Assembly: GCA_964247055.1 (NCBI GenBank)
Contig: OZ176050.1
Span: forward strand, 7,254,001 to 7,318,000
Source of the DNA: Paragordius varius
Lineage: Eukaryota > Animalia > Nematomorpha
Length of the DNA: 64,000 nucleotides
Direction of reading: 5' to 3'
Positions 12,836 through 23,885 of the stretch are shown piece after piece; the first letter of the stretch is position 1, and each line of letters opens with the position of its first letter. The notes below the pieces were generated by a model that made no database searches, was not told the origin of the DNA, and saw only the letters and a list, made by a program, of their open reading frames with translations. The translations under genes were made by a program, and so were the position numbers.

Positions 12836-15719
12836 AATCTAAAATATAAAATGAATTTAATTTATGTCGCAATTGTAATACCAAACAACGCCTTCAACGC
12901 GCCACGGTTCAGTTCGGCATGGTTTAGTTTAAATATTGGGATTTGGACCCAATGAGGCTTTGGGGTGGTATTAAAACATTACGATATAAAACATATACAT
13001 TTTTATATGATAATTTATTATTTCTTTATTTAATTGACCTAACAACAATTTAAAAAATATATTTAATTTTAATTATCTTTGCACGTGTTTCGTTAATCCA
13101 CTAAATTCTCTTTAACTCTTAAAAACAGGTTGCCATTCTTACAAATTGGGGTTGATCTAAGGCCTGTACAAAATCAAATTTCATTAAATTTTGTTTGTAG
13201 ACATTGAAGTTATTTGCACGTTTATTGCATTGGAAAGTATTATAAAAAGTTTCATCGAAAATGACTTGGTCTTCTATTTTATGGTTTGACCTGAAGGCAA
13301 AAATTAGGATAATATAAAAAAGGTGCTCAAGATTATTGATAATTTTTTTTGTATTGTATGATTGTTCATTGTAGTTAATAAAAAAATTGTTTAGCTGTAT
13401 AATGTAAAAATATGAGGTTTTACATAAAAAGCTTTGAAACAAAAATGGCAGTTGGATATAGTACTTTTATAAAAGTGTTTTTACAGATATTTGCTTATTT
13501 GTATTATTTTTGCGAAGATCAAAGCATAAATTTTCATTGAGACCGCCCACTTTATAGTATTTTAAATAATATCAATTGAAAACTGCTGGAAAAAGCCAAT
13601 TAACCAATCTTATTCGTAGCCTTAATAACTACCTGTTTTATAAAAATCGATACAAACTATGCAACAAATTTGAGTTTTGATTCATATATAAATCTATATC
13701 AGGATTTAATTCGTTATTTTTAAAACGGGTTTTTCTGTAAAGTTATGACAATATGTCCATAATTAAGATTCGAAAAATCGCCAAACATATATGCTCTATA
13801 ATTTCTAACAAGTGTATTCAGTTGGTAACCGTTTAAAATTTAACATGAATAATTCATTTTGTAAAAACCCAGTGCCTATAATTTATAAAATAAACTGATA
13901 GTATTTTGACAACAATAAGATCAAACATAAACTTTAGGCTTTTGTTTTTGTATTGTACTCATTTAAGGTAATATAATTTTATTTTATATATTATTTGTCA
14001 GTTTTTTAGCTATTTAAACTAATTTTAAAACATGTGGCGGAACAAAATTTGAGATGAGGGTTTTTAAACAATTCATAGACGTCTAAAAGGCCATAAAATT
14101 AACATTTATAAATTTAGCCTTACAGATACTTTTTAGTTCTTTATATTTGAATTAGCCCCGAAAAAACAAATATTTTTAAAGGCAATGTGTTTTTTTGATA
14201 TTAAAAATCAAAATACCAGGTTTTTTAAACTTTGCTCTTAAATTTAAAAAGTTGTGAGTTTCATCCGGCTTTTTATAATGCCAAAGTGCTACTTTCAACC
14301 ATATTTACCGGAAAATTAAAGGTTATGCTAAAAAACTATGTGCAATAGTAATACTAAAATTTAAACCTTTTTCTCAAATAATTTGGTATTCGAGCAAGTG
14401 TGAAAGAACTGAGATAGTTATATTAAGCAATGGGAAATAATTTGAATAACTTTCTCTATTATTTATGATATCTATATGATAAATGGCTTTAAAATTATAT
14501 TTCATATATTAGCATATCGTTGGTCCATTTTTAAGGGCTCAGTGCCATATTATTTTTAAAAAAATGCACTTAATTTTAACTTAATAAGTATAACCTTGGA
14601 TAATATCCATACTAAAATTTTTTAAACCTCGGGAAATTTCACAATTTTTATTTTTTTGTAATTCTTTATAGTATGCGAACAGGGATGGTTTCTGAAGGGT
14701 TAAAATCGAATTATTAAATATTTATTTTAGGCATTTGTGTACTTTAATGTGTCAAATTTTGGGGGTCCTCTTTTTACATTTTAAGAGACGCAAATTTTTT
14801 TAAAAGAGTGAATGAACTAAACACTCCGATAATTCAAGTTCAATAGGTGAACTTTAAAACAAAATTCTCCAAACTACTAATTTATTAGTATTTTCCAATA
14901 ATTGTTTAAATCATATATATATAATGATATTCGTAAAAAGCCAAACAGCTTTAATATATTTTCTTTTGCAAGGAGACTTTTTAGGGTTTCTCCATTTTGA
15001 CTTGGTAAACCTAGGTCGCAAACATGAAAAAATGACTTAAGTCATTTTAATTTTTTTTCCTTTTTAACGTTAAGAATTTTCCAAGTTTATCGGTATATTT
15101 ACTGACTATGAAGACTTGTCTTCGCTAGTCAATAAAATTTTTTCATACCTGCTTCAAGTAGTGTAGCGGGGTTTTTTATGCCTAAAATATTTCCCACAAA
15201 AACCGTTTAGATAAAAATCGTTCAATTAAAATATTAGCCGTTAGATAATGCTTACGACTGATGCTGACATAACTAGTAGTCATGAAGATAGGATGAAATA
15301 TTAATTGATTTTTTTGTGTTTATAATGTTAAATAACTTTATTTAATTTATGGGTCATTGACTAAACCATGAAAAAATATTGCCAATAAATTCCATATTCA
15401 ACATTTTTTTCTTTTAGCTATTAATAATTTATCTTGATCTTATATTTTGGCAGGGATTTAAATTTTTTTAGGCCTTTATGATTCCAGCAAAGGTCGCTTG
15501 AGTGTGTTCCAAAAAGTGTGGAATTCAATTGCAAACGTTATGAGTTGAATGGAAAAAATTATGAAAAATTAAAATATTTTTTTAAAAATCAAAAAAAGTG
15601 AACTATAAATGCTTACCATCCAACATTAAAAATGCCTAAAAATTGTTTTATAAAGTTAGTTAATTAAAAACGAGCTTTGAATTTGATTTAAAAAGTGGTG
15701 AGAAAATATGTTGAGTTAA

Positions 15720-16259
15720 CACTTCTAATCGAATAGGGATATCTAAATACCCCAGGAAATATTTAAGTTGATATTTTTAAAAAACTACTGGATAAACGGT
15801 TCCAATCCAAATTTATGCTTCTATCCTAATAAAAATTATATTAAGCCAAGATATCCAATTTAAATTTAGTTTTGGAAAAAAAAATTCGTATCAAACTACT
15901 TGGACGCCATTATTATTTTACATCATTTTTGCAAAATATCATGTTTATTTGATTGTATCCCTAATTAAAATTTTTTTATTAAAATCACATTTAACATTGA
16001 TATAAACAGAAAAAGTGGTATATTATGCATTATTTTTATATTTAGTTTTTGCACACATGTCATATTGTCTAAATTTTTACCTTTGGGTTTTACCTCTCAA
16101 TAAGTAATACTAAGTATTTGAATGAATTTTTTTTCACATTTGGGTTTATTAATGTTATATAAGTGCAAATTACCATGGTTTCAATTTATTCCATATTTTT
16201 AAAATATTTAATATTAAAAAAGCCTGAGGTAGATAAATACCCGAATTTGAATCGAAGGA
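15720..16259. mobile_element. ~540-bp MITE with piggyBac-like TTAA flank (copy 2, inverted relative to copy 1)
   Basis: TTAA|CACTTCTAATCGAATAGGGATATCTAAATACCCC ... CCCGAATTTGAATCGAAGGA; shares the reverse complement of copy-1 motifs (CTATCCTAATAAAAATTATA, GCACACATGTCAT, AAGTGCAAA). Confidence 0.68.
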
Positions 16260-17439
16260 CTGAAAAGAATGTGTTGTATTCAAGTGTTAAATGAAAAAGT
16301 TATATATGTATAAAAATATATGCGTTACTTAAGTTAAAAAATAGACAAAATTATTCATTTGGCGTATTTTGTTTTTTTACATTTTTTTTGTCTCATAATG
16401 CATGATTGATACAAATTTTTTATAATAGTCGATCAGATACTCAATCGAATATGCTCCTAAAACGTGAAACTTAAATCTAAAATGGGTGATATTTGATTTA
16501 AAAGCGTAGTTCACAGTAGTAACCCTTTTATATTCTTTACTTTACTTTAAATAAGATAATTGTTCTCATGCGTTATATAAAAATTGTATTAACATTATTT
16601 TAGGGATTTTTTAAAAAAAATATTTATCCTGAATGAAACTTATGTTTTCCCGGAATTCTAATAAAAAGTAATTTAATATATTTCAATGTCTCTGGATTAC
16701 CAATTAATTTTTTTATACATATACAAAATTTGCTTGTGATCATAGATAAAAATTTTAGTTATGACGTATTGAGTTAATTGTGTTTGTAAAACACATCCTC
16801 GTTATTTGATATAAAAAAATTGAATCAATCAATATCATAAATAAGCAAATTTGACAAATTTAATTAAATCTATAATAAATAATCTATTAAAAATGAAATT
16901 TATGGCAAATATAATTATTTCATGGCTATATTACAGTTATTAATTTTTACAATTAATCAAGAAGTAATATATTTTTGAAATACAGCTACTCTCTACTTTT
17001 AGGAAAAATCAAATGATATTTTGGATATCTTATTCATAATTTTGAATTATTTAAATTATATTGATTATATGTATGAACTATGTTAGTCTTTATTATTTAG
17101 TAAAAAACGATATTTACCTCTAATTAACTGTGAGAATTGTTGTTATCACAAAATAGGGAAATATTTGTTGAAATAATTCATGAATATGAAAATAAAATCA
17201 ATATCGGAGATACGAAACAGTTGCAATGTCATGAAATTAACAATTGATTTTAATCGATAGATTCGAATATTTCTTATTTTCAACATATTTAAAATATAAT
17301 ATTTATAAATAATAAAGTATGACAATACTTTTTTTCCTTGCATTTTTCTAATGATATTTTATGATAAAAATATCACTTATTCAATTTACAAAACTTATGT
17401 AAAATGCATAAATTCAAAATAGGAACGAATGTGTGGAGA

Positions 17440-18087
17440 TTAATCTTTTCCAGAAAATAAATCCGAATCATATTTAAGTTGAACCGATAATTGATTTGCC
17501 AAATGTCGGCCCACAAACTCAATGGCCTTACCATTGTGGGAGGGTATAGTTATGGGAAATGGTTGAAATAATTCTGTATTCATTGATTGCATTAAAATTT
17601 GGTAGTAGCACACATAATTTGGGTATTGTCTCACCTGAATTCTAAAAAACAAATCTTTGAGTTTAAATGTGTGTGGTGATTGTTCATTTTTGTTAACCGT
17701 AAAAGTACGATCTCTCAAATCTATTACCATAAATGTAGGATAGATAAGTTGTGAAAGCAGAAATAATTTGATGATATTACAAAGGGGTATTATGAGTCCT
17801 AAACCGCAAATAATCCCATATTGTATCATTAAATTATCTTCTTTGAACAAAGTTAGAATACAGGCTGTAATAATGAAGAGTATGCATGTAGCAGCAAATG
17901 TACCGTAATGTTTCTCAAACATTTGATTGCGATTTAAACTTAAATGAACATATCTCTCATGCGAATCCCCGCCGCGCGCAGTTGAAAATGGAAACCACGG
18001 ATTTTTTAGCATGCTTTCTTTGATGCGAAAAATGGCATTTTTTTGCACGGTTAACTCCCAACTACTGAATATGCCCAAAATTTTCAT
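17440..18087 (-). CDS. TMEM249: TMEM249 / CATSPER-theta-like two-TM protein (215 aa), single exon
   Basis: ATG at 18087-18085. Two hydrophobic segments (YGTFAATCILFIITACILTLF; MIQYGIICGLGLIIPLCNIIKLFLL) followed by a beta-rich domain. Motifs are colinear with human TMEM249 as recalled: MLKNPWFPF~LKNNSFYPF, LFFRI~VYVRL, CYYQILM~CFFHLVL, IEFVGRHLANQLSVQLKYD~MEYLGRYIARKLNINYFD. Confidence 0.72.
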   Translation of the reverse strand: MKILGIFSSWELTVQKNAIFRIKESMLKNPWFPFSTARGGDSHERYVHLSLNRNQMFEKHYGTFAATCILFIITACILTLFKEDNLMIQYGIICGLGLIIPLCNIIKLFLLSQLIYPTFMVIDLRDRTFTVNKNEQSPHTFKLKDLFFRIQVRQYPNYVCYYQILMQSMNTELFQPFPITIPSHNGKAIEFVGRHLANQLSVQLKYDSDLFSGKD

Positions 18088-19034
18088 AATTCAATTATTA
18101 ATTTTTTATTTTGCAACAATCATTAAAATTGTAAAAAAATTTAGTTATATTAATCGCCTGACACAATAAAAATGGATAATAATTAATTTGATTCTTATAT
18201 CGGTATATGAAATTAACATATTTTAACGTAACTGGTAAAATCAAATACATTAATTTAATGATTGTTGACTTTTGAAACAAACGTATGAGCCAATTTAAAT
18301 TCACAAATTGATATTTACTTATACCAAACAAAGGGCGGGTTATTTGGAAATAGTCAGCATCGTCTTTACAAATTAATTAAAATAATTCTCCGAAAATCGT
18401 GCCTTTAAAGGATTTTTGCGGGTATTGGATCCTATTTATAATGAATGTAATATTTTTGTTTATACATAAATGTGCCAAATAAACTTATGCTCCCCTGTGT
18501 TCAGATAAGTAGATTACTTTTTTGAAAAAATAATTCCTAAAGCATTTTTTTTGAAAAACGCCCGACCTAGTTTAAAGCGTAAAATATGGTCGAGCTCCTT
18601 TTTAAAACCCGGATAGAGCCTTATTCCTAAAAAAATCCCCCTTTGAATCCATAGAAATTCGTGATTTAATAATATTCCGACGCCATCTAAATGTAGGGCC
18701 ATTAACGTTTCCATGAATGCGCCGATCATAATCGGGCCATTAATTAAATCTGATTTACAAATCATCGTTTCAACTAAGTATAGCGCCGCATGACCGGGTA
18801 CAGCTAGTTTAAACTAGATCTTTTACCACAAACAGACCGACACAAAAATATTCTGATTGAATATATTAAATATATCAAATAATGTATCTCCAGAAACTAA
18901 TATAAGATTATCCAAATTTTTTCATTAAACGGCAAAATAAGCGCATTAAGTTAAATAAAACATCGGCAGAAGCGTAATGGTCAATTAACGATAATTTTAA
19001 TATATTATAGAAAGTCAATTATACATTTGATATA

Positions 19035-19185
19035 CAGTCAAACCTCTTTTTGTGCTGCAAGGGATCTCAAAAATTGACAAAAATGTTATATTATTCAGAT
19101 ATTTTGTCAATTTTTATTGATCGGCATATGAATGAAACCAACATTTTTTCGTCCGAAAAAAATCCGCTCAAAAAAGGTTCCATTA
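19035..19185. mobile_element. ~150-bp degenerate pogo/Tigger-like MITE
   Basis: TA|CAGTCAAACCTCTTTTTGTGC at left; GCTCAAAAAAGGTTCCATTA|TA at right is an imperfect reverse complement. Confidence 0.5.
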
Positions 19186-20299
19186 TATATTTAAAAGATA
19201 AATCATCAGTACCATGCCAGAGTTATTCAGCCTTAAGATCACTTGTAACGGCTAATTTACACATAAAATTATTCAAAGATTAATTCACATATACGTAAAA
19301 AATGTTATAATATATGATATTTGAAATTAATTTAACATTTTCTGAATTATTATTTGTACTAAATTAAAAATATTATAGTATCGCGCTCTTTCATCACATT
19401 TTTGAAGGCAGTTTGCTGCGTTTTTTAAATATATTATACTTTTCAACTTTGTTATTAATTTTTTTTCGTTATTAATATTCATGTATTTTTTATATTTCTT
19501 ATTGGATAAAGATAATATTATATTTAAATCGAAGATTCATTTACTATAATATAATGGCTAACATAATAATAATAGCAACAGACGAATAAACAAACAAAAA
19601 GTTAAAATAACCATTTGAAAATCAACAAAAAGACCATACAACATTCGCACAAAAAAGAATAAAAAAATTAAATTGCACAAAAGAGTTAAAAAGGGTCAAC
19701 TTATAAAAAGTTGCAAGACTTGACCATATTTTAGGGTTTAGTTTATTTTATTGAATCTCAAAAACCTTTAAGTCCAAAAAAAAGAAAGATCGTTTGAAAG
19801 TTAGAGGAAACGAGCCTAATTACAGTATGCATTTTAATGTCTGTTAAGTAATTTTATTGCCTGCCAAATAACATAAATGGTTTATCAAAAGCGTAAAATA
19901 CTGACCCACGAAATTATTTCGTAGTACACATATGAAAGAAGATTGACGTGAGAATTAACATAGGCTTTAATTTGATGGATATTTTGTAATGTTAAATTTT
20001 GGGAATATTATAGCAATTTATGTTAACATTTGTAATATTGTTGTTACGTATTTAGATGCGGAATTTTGTGGGTTTTTATCTTTGATAAATTAATAAATAG
20101 TAAAATACGTATTTTAAGATATTTTATGTTAATTATTCCTAAATTTAATAATAAATATTTTTCAACATGCTAAATACCTGTATTAATTAATCTTGGTATC
20201 ATAATATTATATAGTTGTTATTACTAATTAAAAAAACACAGGTAAATATATATTTGTGAAAATTTAAGTAGATTTTAGTCTTTTATGTTTTGCATTATT

Positions 20300-20990
20300 T
20301 TTATCAGGTAAAAATTGCGGTTTTTAATAAATTTCCTAAAAATTAAGTTTTTTTTTGTTTTTTAGGTTTTGCATTGTTAGTTGTAATTAATTACTACATA
20401 TTTTGGACATTATAATAAATAGAGGTAAAAATTGCGGTTTTTAATAAATTTACTAAAATTTTAGTTTTTTAGGTTTTGCATTGTTAATTGTAATTAACTA
20501 CTACATATTTTGGACATTTTAATAATTACAGGTAAAAATTGCGGTTTTTAACAAATTTAGTAAAAATTTTTTTTTTTTAGGTTTTGCATTGTTAATTGTA
20601 ATTAACTACTACATATTTTGGACATTTTAATAATTACAGGTAAAAATTGCGGTTTTTAACAAATTCAGTAAATATTTAGTTTTTTAGGTTTTGCATTGTT
20701 AATTGTAATTAACTACTACATATTTTGGACATTTTAATAATTACAGGTAAAAATTGCGGTTTTTAACAAATTTAGTAAAAATTTTTTTTTTTTTAGGTTT
20801 TGCATTGTTAATTGTAATTAACTACTACATATTTTGGACATTTTAATAATTACAGGTAAAAATTGCGGTTTTTAACAAATTCAGTAAATATTTAGTTTTT
20901 TAGGTTTTGCATTGTTAATTGTAACTAACTACTGCATATTTTGGACATTATAATAATTACAAAATTTAGTAAAAAGTTAATTTTTTTGTT
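20300..20990. repeat. Tandem array of ~108-bp units (about 6 copies plus decayed copies), left arm of the foldback element
   Basis: GGTAAAAATTGCGGTTTTT recurs at 20307, 20424, 20531, 20639, 20746 and 20855 (periods 117, 107, 108, 107, 109). Confidence 0.92.
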
Positions 20991-23194
20991 TTAGAGGATT
21001 TTCATTGTTAATTGTAATTAATTAATTTTGGACATTTCAATTAATAAAGGAAAAAAATGAGGTTGTTTTTATATTTAATAAAATTTAATATTTTCTTGTT
21101 TTTTTATTTAATATTGTTAATTGTATACTACATATTTGAAATTTTGATAAATACAGGTGAAAACGGTTTTTAACAAATTTCAAATGTAACATTTTTTGTA
21201 TCTTGTATCATTGTTATTTAATTAATTACTAAATATTTTGGACATTTAAAAAACTTGTGTAAATTGCGGTTTTTATTAAATTAGTAAATTTTATTTTTTG
21301 TTCAACCTTGCTAATATATTTATCACTATATATTTGTGATACATTGATATATACAGGTAAAAATTACTATGACTTGCATTTTTGAATTTTTTAAAATATT
21401 TTTTTTACATTGATAACTTATATAATAAATATAGTTAACATATCTGAGTAGGTAAAAATGCATGTTACGGTTTTATGTTTGACATTTTATTTTCCATCAA
21501 CTATTTATATTTTAACAAACAACTTATGTCACCAAAGATTGAAAATAAGATCAAGATATATAAAACATATTTTAAAGTATCTGAATATCGCCAAATATAA
21601 ATAAATTTATTTAAATTATAAATGTATAATTATACAAAATATTCATATTATGTTTGAAATTAACATTCTTCTTATTGATATTAATACAGGTAATTTGTTT
21701 ATATAAATGATGTACGATGCGGTGTGCGTTCATGATGATCATATGGATTCAAGAATAGTATAAGATGTAGATATCCTGAAAATTTTAATCACCATCATTT
21801 TTTAGGTAGATTCTATCACCTAATATATAAGATAACTGATATATTAGAAAATTGATACCTGGAAATATTGGGGGAAACATTCATAGTTTGAAAGGAAACT
21901 CAAAAGGTTGACTTGGCTTTTTAATAACTAAATTTGCAAAAAAATATTTTCTTCATGATAAAATATTCAAAAATGATACTTTATGTTTTTTTCGTTCTAC
22001 CATCCTAAACTATAAATATGAAAAGGCTTATATGATTTCACCATACCAATGACGTCAAATAGAAAATAGAAACAAATAATTTTTTTTCAAAGCTTGGAAT
22101 GCAACAGCACTCCAAAAGCAGGCAACACTAACATTGTTTGCTTTGGTGAAGAATAATTTTTTATATTTATAGTTTAGGATGGTAAAACGAAAACGTAAAA
22201 TAAGGTATCATTTTTGAATTTTTTATCATGAAGAAAATATTTTTTTGCAAATTTAGTTATTAAAAAGCCAAGTCAACCTTTTGAGTTTCCTTTCAAACTT
22301 TGAATGTTTCCCCCAATATTTCCAGGTATCAATTTTCTAATATATCAGTTATCTTATATTTTAGGTGATAGAATCTACCTAAAAAATGATGGTGATTAAA
22401 ATTTTCAGGATATCTACATCTTATACTATTCTTGAATCCATATGATCATCATGAACGCACACCGCATCGTACATCATTTATATAAACAAATTACCTGTAT
22501 TAATATCAATAAGAAGAATGTTAATTTCAAACATAATATGAATATTTTGTATAATTATACATTTATAATTTAAATAAATTTATTTATATTTGGCGATATT
22601 CAGATACTTTAAAATATGTTTTATATATCTTGATCTTATTTTCAATCTTTGGTGACATAAGTTGTTTGTTAAAATATAAATAGTTGATGGAAAATAAAAT
22701 GTCAAACATAAAACCGTAACATGCATTTTTACCTACTCAGATATGTTAACTATATTTATTATATAAGTTATCAATGTAAAAAAAATATTTTAAAAAATTC
22801 AAAAATGCAAGTCATAGTAATTTTTACCTGTATATATCAATGTATCACAAATATATAGTGATAAATATATTAGCAAGGTTGAACAAAAAATAAAATTTAC
22901 TAATTTAATAAAAACCGCAATTTACACAAGTTTTTTAAATGTCCAAAATATTTAGTAATTAATTAAATAACAATGATACAAGATACAAAAAATGTTACAT
23001 TTGAAATTTGTTAAAAACCGTTTTCACCTGTATTTATCAAAATTTCAAATATGTAGTATACAATTAACAATATTAAATAAAAAAACAAGAAAATATTAAA
23101 TTTTATTAAATATAAAAACAACCTCATTTTTTTCCTTTATTAATTGAAATGTCCAAAATTAATTAATTACAATTAACAATGAAAATCCTCTAAA

Positions 23195-23885
23195 ACAAAA
23201 AAATTAACTTTTTACTAAATTTTGTAATTATTATAATGTCCAAAATATGCAGTAGTTAGTTACAATTAACAATGCAAAACCTAAAAAACTAAATATTTAC
23301 TGAATTTGTTAAAAACCGCAATTTTTACCTGTAATTATTAAAATGTCCAAAATATGTAGTAGTTAATTACAATTAACAATGCAAAACCTAAAAAAAAAAA
23401 AATTTTTACTAAATTTGTTAAAAACCGCAATTTTTACCTGTAATTATTAAAATGTCCAAAATATGTAGTAGTTAATTACAATTAACAATGCAAAACCTAA
23501 AAAACTAAATATTTACTGAATTTGTTAAAAACCGCAATTTTTACCTGTAATTATTAAAATGTCCAAAATATGTAGTAGTTAATTACAATTAACAATGCAA
23601 AACCTAAAAAAAAAAAAATTTTTACTAAATTTGTTAAAAACCGCAATTTTTACCTGTAATTATTAAAATGTCCAAAATATGTAGTAGTTAATTACAATTA
23701 ACAATGCAAAACCTAAAAAACTAAAATTTTAGTAAATTTATTAAAAACCGCAATTTTTACCTCTATTTATTATAATGTCCAAAATATGTAGTAATTAATT
23801 ACAACTAACAATGCAAAACCTAAAAAACAAAAAAAAACTTAATTTTTAGGAAATTTATTAAAAACCGCAATTTTTACCTGATAAA
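23195..23885. repeat. Mirror-image ~108-bp tandem array, right arm of the foldback element
   Basis: AAAAACCGCAATTTTTACC recurs with the same spacing; reverse complement of 20300-20990. Confidence 0.92.

Noticed and set aside
17158-17292. Imperfect ~135-bp palindrome downstream of the TMEM249-like stop as a structured ncRNA
   Set aside because: Very AT-rich, loose pairing, no ncRNA motif; more likely a decayed MITE or chance.
20300-23885. Regular ~108-bp repeats as a CRISPR array
   Set aside because: Whole units are near-identical with no unique spacers, there are no cas genes, and the context is eukaryotic.
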